64,000 nt of DNA, taken from the NCBI GenBank assembly GCA_963703315.1, contig OY969811.1:3584001-3648000 (forward strand), written 5' to 3'. Below the pieces are notes generated by a model. That model did not search any database. It was not told the origin of the DNA and saw only the letters and a program-made list of their open reading frames with translations. Source of the DNA: an uncultured cyanobacterium. GTDB taxonomy: Bacteria; Cyanobacteriota; Cyanobacteriia; Pseudanabaenales; Pseudanabaenaceae. Made by a program: the position numbers and the translations under genes. This document shows, piece after piece, positions 48,177 to 58,696 of the stretch; the stretch's first letter is position 1, and every line of letters starts with the position of its first letter.

Positions 48177-51100
48177 ATGAAAAATTCATCTCAAAGCAAT
48201 TATTGCGATCGCCAAAGTGATGATTCTGTTGGAGTCGCTCAAGCTCAAGCTGATTGGGGGCATTTGATCGCAACAATCTCTTTAAGAATTCGGCAATCTC
48301 TAGACTTGCCAACAATTTTACAAACAACTGCCGATGACGTGCATCAACTGTTGGGTAGCGATCGCGTGTTGCTTTACCAGTTTGAGCCAGATTGGAGTGG
48401 AAAGGTAGTAGTTGAGTCAGTATCTGAGCCTCGGTGGTCATTGTTAGATCGAGTGGTGCGTGATACTTGTTTTGAGGCTTGTTGGCTTGAACCTTATCAT
48501 GAGGGAAAATATGCAGCGATCGCCGATGTTGCGACTGCAAACTTAAGCTCTTGCTATGCAGATTTTCTAAATAACCTTGAGATCAAAGCTAATCTCGTTA
48601 TTCCCCTGTTGTGCGAATCTCAGCTTTGGGGCTTATTAATTGTCCATCATTGCACCGTACCCCGTCAGTGGCAATCAGCAGAAATTGAAGGATTGCAGCA
48701 AATAGCTGTCCATGTGGGTATTGCTGTCCACCAAGCATTGTTGCTAGAGCAATTGCAAGTAGCAAAGGCTAATCTAGAAACTCAAGTAGCAGAGCGTACA
48801 GTTGAGCTAGAGCAAGCCAATCAGCAACTTTTGGGAAGGTTGGATGAGTCCAACCTAAGAGTTAATGAACTAGATCAACATAAAAGACAACTAGCGCAAC
48901 TAGCCGTGATCGTTGAATCTTCTCAAGATGCGATCATGAGCAAAACTCTTGATGGAATTATTACCAGTTGGAATCAAGCCGCAGAAAGTTTATTTGGATA
49001 TAAGGCTGAAGAAATCATCGGCAAAAATGTTACAGAGTTAATCCCACAGGAACGGAAGTTTGAAGAAGATGTTATTTGTCAGAAAATCTACCAAGGTCAC
49101 AGGGTAGATACCTTTGAAACTCAGCGTAAGCACCAAGATGGGACGTTACTAGATGTCGCTTTGACAATTTCTCCAATTAAGGATGAAAATGGCACAGTGA
49201 TTGGAGCATCTAAAATTGCTAGAGATGTTAGTGATAGAAAAAGGCTTGAGTTTGAACGCACACAAGCGGAAAAAGAACTATGTCAAAGCAAAGAACAACT
49301 CGAAGATTTCTTTGAAAATGTTAGCGATCTGATTCAAAGCGTGTCTTTAAAAGACGGCAGATTTTTGTTTGTAAATCGCGCTTGGCGAGAAGTTCTCGGT
49401 TATAGCTCTGAGGAAATTGCCGACCTTAATGTGTTTGAGCTGCTTGCTCCAGAATGTATGCCAGCCTGTCAGGTTTTATTTCAACAATTGCGAGCGGGAG
49501 AAATGCTTAGTGTTGACCGAGCAGAATTCATCTTTCTTGCTAAAGATGGGAAAAAAGTATTTCTAGAAGGAAATATTAACGTTCGTCAGGAAAATGGAAT
49601 TTCTGTCGCTACCCGCACTATTTTACGCGATGTCACTGCGCTGCGCCAAACTGAATATACTCTCAATGAGCAAACAGCAACATTACAAAGTTTCTATGAT
49701 TCCGCTCCTCTGATGATGGGCGTTGTGGAGTTATCTGAAAATGACATTCTCCACATTTCCGATAATCGGGCAACCATAAAGTTTTTTAACTCAAGCCCCG
49801 ATGAAATTATTGGCAAATGGTCTAGCGAACTGGGGGTTCCTTCAGAACATATCGATTTTTGGTGCAATCACTACCGCATCAGCCAAGAGATACAGACACC
49901 CGTACAGTTTGAATACGAACATGTAACTGAAATGGCTACCTTTCACTTGCTAGTGACAGTTTCGTTTATTGATATTAGCGATAGTCAGCGACCAAGATTT
50001 TGCTATGTGGCTCAAGACATTAGCGATCGCAAACGTGCCGAATTAGAATTACAACAAAGCGAAGCCACTAACCGCGCATTAATTGGGGCAATTCCTGACT
50101 TTCTAGTGCGAATGAATCGTGATGGGTTATATGTGGCGGTCATTAACCAAGGATCTATTCATGCCATAAAATGTGACGGAGAGATCCAAGGACATTCGAT
50201 TACTGAGTTAATGCCAGATGCGATCGCGCAAGAACGGATGCGATTAGCGGAGATAGCTCTGCAAACTAGACAGGTTCAGAAGCAAGAGTATGAATTTGTC
50301 GATCAAGGACAAACCTATTTTGAGGAAGCACGGATTGCACCCCTATGGGACGATGAAGTATTGGTAGTTGTCCGTGATATTAGCGATCGCTTACGTGCAG
50401 AAGCAGAACTCAAGAGACTTTCAGAACGTTTAGCACTGTCTTTGAAGTCTGGGGCGATCGGTTCTTGGGAATGGGATATTAACCAAAACATTGTCCTTTG
50501 GGATGAGCGGATGTATGAGCTATATGGCGTTACCAAACAGTCTGATTCGGTGGTCTACGATATTTGGGTAAATGCGTTACATCCTGACGATCGTCCTTAT
50601 ACAGAAACATTACTTCAGCAAGTCTTTCTAGGACAAGCAGAATACGATACTGAATTTCGAGTCATTTATCCCGATCACAGTATCAAATTTATAAAAGCCT
50701 ATGGGGTGGTACTGCGTGATGTTCAGGGCAATCCTACTAGCATGATTGGCGTAAACTTTGATATTAGCGCACTTAAACAAGCAGAACTCGATATCAAATT
50801 CGCTAAAAATCAGCTAGAACTAGTGCTTCAAGCATCTTCCGAAGGATTTTGGGACTTAAATCTCGTCACTGGCGAAATCTATTTCTCACCGCAATGGAAA
50901 GCAATACTGGGCTATGAGGATCACGAGCTAGAGAACACCTTAGATATGTGGGTTTCTATGTTTTTGAAAGAAGATCAAGAGACCGCCCTGAAACTAGTCG
51001 AAGAATATAAAAGTGGTAATGTTGATCGATTTATCTCAACCCAGCGATGTCGCCATAAAAATGGCTCTACAGTTTATGTACTTTCCCGTGCTATTCACCT

Positions 51101-52595
51101 CAAAGACGAGCAAGGCGTTGTGACGCGGATGATTGGTAGTCATCTGGATATGACCCCACTAGTTGAGATTCAAAATGCACTCAAAATCTCAGAAATGCAA
51201 CTTAGTGGAATCTTGAGCAGCTCCTTAGATGGCATCATGGCATTTCAATCAGTGCGCGATGAGCAAGGTGTAATTATTGACTTTGAATGGTTATTAATTA
51301 ATCCAACTGCTGAAAGCATAGTAGGCAGACAAGATAAAGATTTAATTGGCAAGCGATTGCTAGAAGAGATACCAGGAAATCGAGAAAGTGGACTATTTGA
51401 TCTCTATGTAAAAGTAGTAGAAACAGGGGAATCAATGCAGCAACAGTTCTATTACAACCATGATGGCATTGATAGTTGGTTTGAAAATATTGCTGTGAAA
51501 CTAGGTGATGGCTTTACAGTTACTTTCCGTAATATTACCGCGATGAAACAGTCAGAGCTGGCAATTCAGCAAGCCAATCAGCAATTGGAAGAGCGTGTGA
51601 CCGATCTCAACCAACGCCATGCAGAAATGCTTGCCTTGAGTGAAATCAGCGACTTCCTTCAAGCTAGTCTCACCGTAGAAGAAGCTTGTATAACCCTCAG
51701 CCAACTTGTAGAAAAACTCTTCCCTAATTGTGCAGGCGGCATTTTTATTACTAGTAATTCTCGCAATCGGGTTGAATTAATTTCCTCTTGGGGCAAATCC
51801 CTCCAGTCTGAAGATGCATTTCTTCCTAAAGACTGTTGGGCGTTACGGCGTGGTCGAATCCATGTAGTTGAGACTGATCGAGTAGGGTTACGCTGCAACC
51901 ATATTCACTCACATGAATCGATCGCGGCAACTCTCTGCATTCCTATGATTGCTCAAGGGGAAACGTTAGGGATGTTCTATCTTGATACTAATAATCCCAA
52001 CGCTTTGCCAGAAGTGAAGCAACAACTTGCCCGCACCTTAGCCGAACAGGTAGCAATGGCGATCGCCAATCTTCGCTTACAAGAAACCCTGCAACAGCAA
52101 AGCATCCGCGATCCGCTCACAGGATTATTCAACCGCCGCTATCTCGAAGAGAACCTTAATCAAGAGATATCACGCGCCCAACGTCAACAGCACCAGATTG
52201 GCGTAATCATGATCGACATCGATCATTTCAAGCGCTTCAACGATACCTATGGGCATGATGCTGGTGACTATGTACTGCAAACCGTGGGAACCTTGCTCAA
52301 AAAATATGTGCGTGGCTCCGATGTTGCCTGTCGCTACGGTGGCGAAGAGATGATTCTCGTTTTGCCAGACTCAACGTTAGAAGCCGCAAGTATGCGAGCC
52401 GAAGAAATCCGTGAGGCGATCGCCCAGATCACTCTGTCCCATAATTCTCAACTTTTAGGAAAACTGACCGCATCCTTCGGTGTCGCTAGCTTTCCTCAAC
52501 ATGGAGCAACGGGTAGCGCCGTAATGCAAGCCGCCGATGCCGCTCTCTACCGCGCCAAAGCCGCAGGACGTAATCAAGTTTTGACCGCACCATAA
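48177..52595 (+). CDS. Cyanobacteriochrome GAF / multi-PAS / GAF / GGDEF diguanylate cyclase
   Basis: N-terminal GAF with DTCF and SCY; about 6-7 PAS/PAC units; RDPLTGLFNRR, RGSD I-site, RYGGEEM. Confidence 0.9.
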   Translation: MKNSSQSNYCDRQSDDSVGVAQAQADWGHLIATISLRIRQSLDLPTILQTTADDVHQLLGSDRVLLYQFEPDWSGKVVVESVSEPRWSLLDRVVRDTCFEACWLEPYHEGKYAAIADVATANLSSCYADFLNNLEIKANLVIPLLCESQLWGLLIVHHCTVPRQWQSAEIEGLQQIAVHVGIAVHQALLLEQLQVAKANLETQVAERTVELEQANQQLLGRLDESNLRVNELDQHKRQLAQLAVIVESSQDAIMSKTLDGIITSWNQAAESLFGYKAEEIIGKNVTELIPQERKFEEDVICQKIYQGHRVDTFETQRKHQDGTLLDVALTISPIKDENGTVIGASKIARDVSDRKRLEFERTQAEKELCQSKEQLEDFFENVSDLIQSVSLKDGRFLFVNRAWREVLGYSSEEIADLNVFELLAPECMPACQVLFQQLRAGEMLSVDRAEFIFLAKDGKKVFLEGNINVRQENGISVATRTILRDVTALRQTEYTLNEQTATLQSFYDSAPLMMGVVELSENDILHISDNRATIKFFNSSPDEIIGKWSSELGVPSEHIDFWCNHYRISQEIQTPVQFEYEHVTEMATFHLLVTVSFIDISDSQRPRFCYVAQDISDRKRAELELQQSEATNRALIGAIPDFLVRMNRDGLYVAVINQGSIHAIKCDGEIQGHSITELMPDAIAQERMRLAEIALQTRQVQKQEYEFVDQGQTYFEEARIAPLWDDEVLVVVRDISDRLRAEAELKRLSERLALSLKSGAIGSWEWDINQNIVLWDERMYELYGVTKQSDSVVYDIWVNALHPDDRPYTETLLQQVFLGQAEYDTEFRVIYPDHSIKFIKAYGVVLRDVQGNPTSMIGVNFDISALKQAELDIKFAKNQLELVLQASSEGFWDLNLVTGEIYFSPQWKAILGYEDHELENTLDMWVSMFLKEDQETALKLVEEYKSGNVDRFISTQRCRHKNGSTVYVLSRAIHLKDEQGVVTRMIGSHLDMTPLVEIQNALKISEMQLSGILSSSLDGIMAFQSVRDEQGVIIDFEWLLINPTAESIVGRQDKDLIGKRLLEEIPGNRESGLFDLYVKVVETGESMQQQFYYNHDGIDSWFENIAVKLGDGFTVTFRNITAMKQSELAIQQANQQLEERVTDLNQRHAEMLALSEISDFLQASLTVEEACITLSQLVEKLFPNCAGGIFITSNSRNRVELISSWGKSLQSEDAFLPKDCWALRRGRIHVVETDRVGLRCNHIHSHESIAATLCIPMIAQGETLGMFYLDTNNPNALPEVKQQLARTLAEQVAMAIANLRLQETLQQQSIRDPLTGLFNRRYLEENLNQEISRAQRQQHQIGVIMIDIDHFKRFNDTYGHDAGDYVLQTVGTLLKKYVRGSDVACRYGGEEMILVLPDSTLEAASMRAEEIREAIAQITLSHNSQLLGKLTASFGVASFPQHGATGSAVMQAADAALYRAKAAGRNQVLTAP

Positions 52596-52606
52596 ATTAA
52601 AATCTA

Positions 52607-54574
52607 CTACAACCAGTCATCATCGTCATCGTAGGAGACTCTGGTGTTGGGGCGGCGGCGATCGTCTTCGTCTTTACCACGTTTATTGCGACTGGCGAAA
52701 CTGCCAATACTTTCGAGGATGCCACCAAAGAGATCGTCATCATCATCTTCGTAATATTCATCTTCGGCATAGAGTTCACTCGACAGCGCATAGAGAGCTT
52801 CTTGCAACTCTGACTGAGCGCGATCGATTAGGGCATCATCTTCCTTGGAAATAGCATCTTTGAGTTTTTTAATTGATCCCTCAATTTGTTTGCGGCGTTC
52901 GTAGGTGAGTTTATAGCCATAGTTAAGGGCTAAATCTTTTAACTGACGCTCGGCTCCCACCGCCAGATTATCGGCACGGTTTAATTTTTCGATGCGATCG
53001 CGTTTTGCCCGATCGCGATCGGCATATTGCTCGGCTTCGGTGACCATGCGCTCGACTTCTTTTTCATCGAGGGTCGAAGCGCCCTTAATGGTGACCCGAC
53101 GCTCGACACCTGTGCGGCGATCGCTGGCTGTCACTGCCAAAATGCCATCAGTATTTAGGTCAAAGGTGACATCGACCTGAGCCATACCGCGAGGTTGGGG
53201 ATCAAGTCCGCTTAATTTAAAGCGTCCCAAGGATTTGTTATATTCCGCAAGATCGCGTTCACCTTGAATTATATGAATTTCTACTGAAGTTTGATTGTCC
53301 TCCGCAGTGGTGAATAATTCCATCTTGCGACAAGGAATTGTGGTGTTTCTAGGAATTAAGCGCTTAACCACTCCGCCTGATGTCTCTACACCCAGTGATA
53401 AGGGGGTGACATCTAGTAATAAAACATCTTTGATTTCGCCCGATAAAATTGCGGCTTGGATGACTGCGCCGATCGCTACGACTTCATCGGGATTGACACT
53501 TTGACTCGGTGGTTTACCGATCGCCCGTTCTACCATTTCCTGTACTGCGGGAATACGGGTGGAGCCGCCCACTAGAACTACTTCATCGATTTGGCGGGGA
53601 CTAATTTGGGCATCTCGTAATACGCGATCGAGGGGTACTTGCAAACGCTCTAATAAATCAGCACTGAGTCGCTCAAACTGCGATCGCTTTAAGTTGGTTT
53701 CTAAATGCAAAGGTCCTTCAGCCGTTGCGGTAATAAACGGTAAGTTAATCTCGGTCACGCCTACTGTCGAAAGCTCAATCTTGGCTTTTTCGGCGGCTTC
53801 GGTCAGGCGTTGCAATGCTTGACGCTCTTTTCGTAGATCCACGCCATCGGATTTGAGAAATTCTTCCGCGAGATAATTCACAATTTGGCGATCGAAATCA
53901 TCACCACCTAACTGCGTGTCGCCTGTAGTTGCCTTGACTTCAAATAAACCATCGCTCACCTCTAGTACTGACACATCAAACGTGCCACCACCGAGGTCAA
54001 ACACTAAAATTTTCTTATTAGATTTTTTATCCAGACCGTAGGCTAATGAAGCAGCCGTTGGTTCATTTAAAATTCGTTTAACTTCGATCCCTGCAATTCT
54101 GCCAGCATCCTTAGTGGCTTGCCGTTGGGAATCATTAAAATAAGCAGGAACTGTAATTACTGCTCCAGTTACGGGTTCGCCCAGATAACGACTCGCTTCA
54201 TCGACAAGTTTGCGAATCACCATTGCCGAAATCTCTTCTGGGGCAAAGTCCTTTTCGAGTCTAGAACTGCGTAATTTAATATTGCCTTGATCATCACGGC
54301 GCACGGTATAGGGGACGCGCTTAGTCTCAGCCGACAGTTCGCTATGCTTGCGTCCGATAAAACGTTTGACAGAATAAAAAGTATTGTCAGGATTCAGCAC
54401 CGCTTGACGACGTGCCATTTGTCCGACAAGTCTTTCGCCATCTTTAGTAAAGCTAACAACTGAGGGAGTGGTGCGGCTACCTTCTGAGTTGGCAATCACT
54501 ATGGGCTTTCCACCTTCCATAACGGCTACCACAGAGTTTGTCGTACCCAAGTCAATACCTACAATTTTTCCCAT
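52607..54574 (-). CDS. dnaK: Molecular chaperone DnaK (DnaK3-like, acidic C-terminus)
   Basis: [29 protein letters not shown]-terminal DDDDDWL; start at the ATG at 54574. Confidence 0.95.
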   Translation of the reverse strand: MGKIVGIDLGTTNSVVAVMEGGKPIVIANSEGSRTTPSVVSFTKDGERLVGQMARRQAVLNPDNTFYSVKRFIGRKHSELSAETKRVPYTVRRDDQGNIKLRSSRLEKDFAPEEISAMVIRKLVDEASRYLGEPVTGAVITVPAYFNDSQRQATKDAGRIAGIEVKRILNEPTAASLAYGLDKKSNKKILVFDLGGGTFDVSVLEVSDGLFEVKATTGDTQLGGDDFDRQIVNYLAEEFLKSDGVDLRKERQALQRLTEAAEKAKIELSTVGVTEINLPFITATAEGPLHLETNLKRSQFERLSADLLERLQVPLDRVLRDAQISPRQIDEVVLVGGSTRIPAVQEMVERAIGKPPSQSVNPDEVVAIGAVIQAAILSGEIKDVLLLDVTPLSLGVETSGGVVKRLIPRNTTIPCRKMELFTTAEDNQTSVEIHIIQGERDLAEYNKSLGRFKLSGLDPQPRGMAQVDVTFDLNTDGILAVTASDRRTGVERRVTIKGASTLDEKEVERMVTEAEQYADRDRAKRDRIEKLNRADNLAVGAERQLKDLALNYGYKLTYERRKQIEGSIKKLKDAISKEDDALIDRAQSELQEALYALSSELYAEDEYYEDDDDDLFGGILESIGSFASRNKRGKDEDDRRRPNTRVSYDDDDDWL

Positions 54575-54722
54575 GCTTGACGTGTATTCCTCTTCACTTC
54601 CCAAAACTGTTTTAATGTACAGCTTACCAATTTTTGATTTTGCTTTACTTTACCAATATCCTATCTCTAAACATAGGTATATAGACGAAGGGCGATCGCC
54701 CTTCGTCTGCAATTAACAGGAT

Positions 54723-55208
54723 TTAGCCGAAAACTTTATTTTTCCAAGCTGTAATTCCGTCAATTAGCTCCTTACGAGTACTAGCCAGTAGTAAATAGCG
54801 ATAAACAAACCATATAGAATAGCCAAATCCCACTAATTCAAAGACGCTAGGCAATACAGGTAATTTATTTAAAATATCTAAAAGTGTAGAGGCGGCAATA
54901 TATGCAGGAATTGTGAGCAGGATGATAATGGCAAGTGTGACGTTAGACTGTTTACCTTCACCGAAATAATTATTCCAAGTCTCTTGGACTGTACCCAAAA
55001 TTTCACTAGTAACTTTAGTAACCTGCGCGATTTGTAAGGTGTCGGTTTCAGGAATAGGGTTGTCGGCTATGGATTTGGTTGGGGTAGTATCGGCGATCGC
55101 TGGAGTTACTATTTTGGGCGTTTCTACAGGTTCTATAGCTTCGACAGGCTCGATAGACTCGAAAATATTTTCCGCAGGTGCTTCAATAGTTGGTTCTTGA
55201 GGTTCCAT
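54723..55208 (-). CDS. CAAD/CURT1-domain thylakoid curvature protein
   Basis: LNKLPVLPSVFELVGFGYSIWFVYRYLL...RKEL. Confidence 0.85.
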   Translation of the reverse strand: MEPQEPTIEAPAENIFESIEPVEAIEPVETPKIVTPAIADTTPTKSIADNPIPETDTLQIAQVTKVTSEILGTVQETWNNYFGEGKQSNVTLAIIILLTIPAYIAASTLLDILNKLPVLPSVFELVGFGYSIWFVYRYLLLASTRKELIDGITAWKNKVFG

Positions 55209-55363
55209 GATTTATTTGATTTAATGACTAGTCAACATCATGATGAAATTTTAACAGCATTAAAGTAAAGATCGCCCTGTTATACCTGTAGCCATTTTTA
55301 AGACATAAACCCAAAAGAGAGGTGCAGCGCTGCACCTCTCTTTTGGGTTTATGTTAAGACGAA

Positions 55364-55705
55364 CTAAGCTTTTCTCAGGGAAAGCTCAAACTGACTGCGA
55401 TTTTCAAATACCTCAAATAGGCTCTTCATTGAACTTACTTCTAGCAAAAATTCAATATATTCACTAACTGAGCAAATAGCAAACTTACAGCCGATCGCCT
55501 TAGCACTTCTTAAGACAAAAACTAAAGCTCCTAATCCTGAGCTATCCATCTGTTTTAAGTGTTTCAGATCCACAAGTAGTACATCAGGTTTACGATCTAG
55601 GACATTACTAGCTTGCTGACGAAAATAGTTAGTACTAGTTGCATCAAGATGTCCTGTCGGTTGCATAATTTCTATACGCATTTCTTTTATCTCCTTTTCC
55701 CCCAC
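55364..55705 (-). CDS. STAS-domain anti-sigma factor antagonist
   Basis: PTGHLDA, LLVDLKHLKQMDSSGLGALV. Confidence 0.88.
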   Translation of the reverse strand: MGEKEIKEMRIEIMQPTGHLDATSTNYFRQQASNVLDRKPDVLLVDLKHLKQMDSSGLGALVFVLRSAKAIGCKFAICSVSEYIEFLLEVSSMKSLFEVFENRSQFELSLRKA

Positions 55706-56032
55706 TTTGAGGTACTACAAATGTTTAAATATGTTTAATAAAACTTTAATTAAAATGTCTCGATAACTGTCTGGATAAATACTTTGAGAAAAAATTAAGT
55801 TGCATGGCTATTCTTTTTTATTATTTAGAAAACTAATTTATCTAAATAAATTTTTAGGGCTACGCAACTCTGGTCTTTTGTTTCATTGACATATACTACT
55901 TCCTAATTTCGATATTTGTTTATGCAAAAGTTATGTAAAGGTTATTTGTAAGGTTATTCATATTTGAAAACCCCAAAAAGTGTGGCGCACGCTGCGCGTG
56001 CGCCACACTTTTTTATACTTACTTTTTTATAC

Positions 56033-56599
56033 TTACTTTCGAGATATGGAGGAGCGATCGCTTAGATACCAGCGCCAAGGAATATCTACACCCTGTGTAA
56101 TGCCGATCCTTGTAGTTTGATAAATTGACTCTGCAAAGTTGGGCGATCGCGCCTCTAGCCATAAATCAAAATCTGGATGCAAAGTAATGCCGTCTAATTG
56201 CCGATCAATTTTTAACAAGCGACAAAGTTTGCCAGGTCCTGATCCTGCGCGATGGGGTTTATCTTTGGGGTTATGCCAACTTGGTAGGAGATCGCATTCA
56301 ATTGCCCGAATTAAGACTGCACTACAAAAATCTGCGCGATCAGTGACGATATTAACGCAGTGATAAATCCCATAGATTAAATAGATATATGCAGTGCAAG
56401 GTTCGCCAAAAATTGCGGCATTGCGCTGAGTTTTGCGCCGATAACCATGACAAGCAGGATCAGTTGCATCATAGGCTTCCGTTTCGACAATCAAGCCTCG
56501 ATACTCAATACCATCGATTCTGCGTACCATTGTGCATCCCAATAGATCAGGGGCAACTTCATGGGCAGGACGTTCAAAAAATTTTTTTTCTAACAACAT
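56033..56599 (-). CDS. DNA-3-methyladenine glycosylase (MPG)
   Basis: IVETEAY, YIYLIYGIYHCVN, AVLIRA, GPGKLC, RIGIT. Confidence 0.92.
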   Translation of the reverse strand: MLLEKKFFERPAHEVAPDLLGCTMVRRIDGIEYRGLIVETEAYDATDPACHGYRRKTQRNAAIFGEPCTAYIYLIYGIYHCVNIVTDRADFCSAVLIRAIECDLLPSWHNPKDKPHRAGSGPGKLCRLLKIDRQLDGITLHPDFDLWLEARSPNFAESIYQTTRIGITQGVDIPWRWYLSDRSSISRK

Positions 56600-56638
56600 A
56601 AAAACTCTAATAGAAAAATCTCACTTTGTGAGATTTTT

Positions 56639-57064
56639 CTAGATGGGGCAATTCACCCAACTGCTGACTCCATCTAGCCAAAATTCTTTCTTCCAGATTG
56701 GGGCATCGACTTTTAAAGTGTCGATCGCATAGCGACAAGCTTCAAATGCTTCAGCGCGATGAGGTGAACCAACGGCAACTAAAACGCTGATTTCGCCAAT
56801 TTTGAGTTTGCCAAGGCGATGATGAATGACAACTTCGGTAATATCTGGGAATTTCTGATGGCAGCGATCGCTAATATCTTGAAATACGCGCAAAGCCATC
56901 GACTCATAAGCTTGATAGTCTAAATAATCAACTGCTCTTCCCCCAGTTTGATTGCGTACCATCCCACTCATTAGTACCACTGCGCCATTACGGGCATCAT
57001 CGGCGATCGCATAGACCGCCGCTACATCTAAAACATCATCAGTCAGCCGAAAATTATTAGTCAT
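56639..57064 (-). CDS. moaE: Molybdopterin synthase catalytic subunit
   Basis: GAVVLMSGMVRN, HRLGKLKIGE, SPHRAEAF, PIWKKE. Confidence 0.93.
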   Translation of the reverse strand: MTNNFRLTDDVLDVAAVYAIADDARNGAVVLMSGMVRNQTGGRAVDYLDYQAYESMALRVFQDISDRCHQKFPDITEVVIHHRLGKLKIGEISVLVAVGSPHRAEAFEACRYAIDTLKVDAPIWKKEFWLDGVSSWVNCPI

Positions 57065-57102
57065 GCCTTAAGCTAATTCGTGCAAAGCACGGCTTATTTC
57101 AA

Positions 57103-57234
57103 TTAATCTTCGTGTTCTTCAAACTGATCGACTAATTCCTTGTTTGGTGGTCCAAATGCCACATATATCGCATAAGCCGTTAAAACGATCACACATACAG
57201 CAATAGTCACCGCGATCGAAGTTGCGTTTTCCAT
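57103..57234 (-). CDS. psbN: Photosystem II assembly protein PsbN (missed by the ORF track)
   Basis: 43 aa MENATSIAVTIAVCVIVLTAYAIYVAFGPPNKELVDQFEEHED, divergent from psbH. Confidence 0.93.
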   Translation of the reverse strand: MENATSIAVTIAVCVIVLTAYAIYVAFGPPNKELVDQFEEHED

Positions 57235-57311
57235 GAATTGAACCAATGATTTGAGTTATTCTTAATTACAATTATACTATTTTGTAACAATCCTTTTAAG
57301 AAGACAAAGTT

Positions 57312-57506
57312 ATGTCACAACGTACCCGCCTTGGCGATATCCTCAGACCCCTAAATGCAGAATACGGTAAGGTTTCTCGCGGTTGGGGAACCACCCCCCT
57401 TATGGCTGTGTTCATGGGCTTGTTTCTTGTATTTCTGGTCATTATTCTCCAGTTGTACAACTCTTCCTTGATTCTTGATGGTGTCAACCTCAACTGGGGC
57501 GGCTAA
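57312..57506 (+). CDS. psbH: Photosystem II subunit H
   Basis: [28 protein letters not shown]. Confidence 0.97.
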   Translation: MSQRTRLGDILRPLNAEYGKVSRGWGTTPLMAVFMGLFLVFLVIILQLYNSSLILDGVNLNWGG

Positions 57507-57604
57507 TTTCTAGCTATCCTGCTCTCAACATTAAAGGCACGCTCTGCGTGCCTTTAATGTATTAATTACAAATATCTCAGTTATCTACAAAAAGGTCATT
57601 CTCC

Positions 57605-57910
57605 ATGAATATTTTTGGTATTGGGTTACCTGAAATGATTCTGATCATGCTTGTTGCCCTCCTGATCTTTGGTCCTAAAAAATTGCCAGAAATCGGACGA
57701 AGTGTTGGTAAAGCGATCAAAGGCTTTCAAGATGCTTCGCGTGAATTTGAGTCAGAGTTTAAGCGTGAAGCCGATCGCTTAGAACAACCCACCTCGGTCG
57801 CTACAACAACGACAACAAAGCCTGTTGAAGCTGAAGCAACTCCTGTGGCGGTTACGGTTGCGGCATCATCCGAAGAAATCAAGGAAGTGACGAACGCTAC
57901 GGATGCTTGA
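57605..57910 (+). CDS. tatA: Twin-arginine translocase TatA/E subunit
   Basis: MNIFGIGLPEM...FGPKKLPEIGR. Confidence 0.92.
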   Translation: MNIFGIGLPEMILIMLVALLIFGPKKLPEIGRSVGKAIKGFQDASREFESEFKREADRLEQPTSVATTTTTKPVEAEATPVAVTVAASSEEIKEVTNATDA

Positions 57911-58541
57911 GACTCAATCTATTTCTCTAATTGTGGGACTTGGTAATCCCGGTGCTGAATATGAGCGCACCCGTCACAATATTGGTTTCATGGCGATCGA
58001 TCGCTTAGCGACAGCTTGGAGTATTTCCATTGGCAAAGAAAAGCGATTTTATGGCATTTTTGGTGAAGGTCGATTATCGACCCGTTTAGCCAGTAGCGGT
58101 AAAATTCGTTTGCTCAAGCCCACTACTTATATGAATGTATCAGGGCAATCGGTACGCGCCTGTGCTGATTGGTTTAAAACTGATCCCAAACATATTTTAG
58201 TTATCTATGATGATATGGACTTACCCCTTGGTAAACTGCGATTGCGCCCCTCTGGTTCAGCAGGTGGCCATAATGGCATGAAATCAATCATTTCGCATCT
58301 CGGTACTCAAAATTTTCCCCGTCTTCGTCTTGGTATTGGGCGAGGTGGGCATACCGATGGGGCGATCGCCACTAAAGCTAATCAAAATGTCACCAATCAT
58401 GTTTTAGGTGGTTTTACTGCTACCGAGACGAAAATCTTACCTGAAATGCTAGGACTTGCCGAATCTACAGTGACCAGCATTCTCGCGGATGGATTAGAGA
58501 AAGCAATGAGTTTATATAACAGTCGTAGCATTGAATTTTAG
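57903..58541 (+). CDS. pth: Peptidyl-tRNA hydrolase
   Basis: LIVGLGNPG, TRHNIGF, KPTTYMN, SAGGHNG. Confidence 0.95.
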   Translation: MLETQSISLIVGLGNPGAEYERTRHNIGFMAIDRLATAWSISIGKEKRFYGIFGEGRLSTRLASSGKIRLLKPTTYMNVSGQSVRACADWFKTDPKHILVIYDDMDLPLGKLRLRPSGSAGGHNGMKSIISHLGTQNFPRLRLGIGRGGHTDGAIATKANQNVTNHVLGGFTATETKILPEMLGLAESTVTSILADGLEKAMSLYNSRSIEF

Positions 58542-58696
58542 GATTGAATTTTAAGGTCGCTGATTCTAACTGTTGTAAGACTGCTTACGCGGTATGATAA
58601 GACGGGCTTTTTAGGCATTTTGAGCGAATTTTAGTGAAAAATTTGCTGAGAATATGTTAGGTGACACTTAATCGTAGCGAGAGGAGAATGTAATTT

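Noticed and set aside
55720..55960. Direct repeats upstream of the STAS gene (TTTAA at 10-11 bp spacing; AAGGTTAT repeats) as Pho or HLR1 boxes
   Set aside because: Too degenerate in AT-rich DNA to assign without comparative data.
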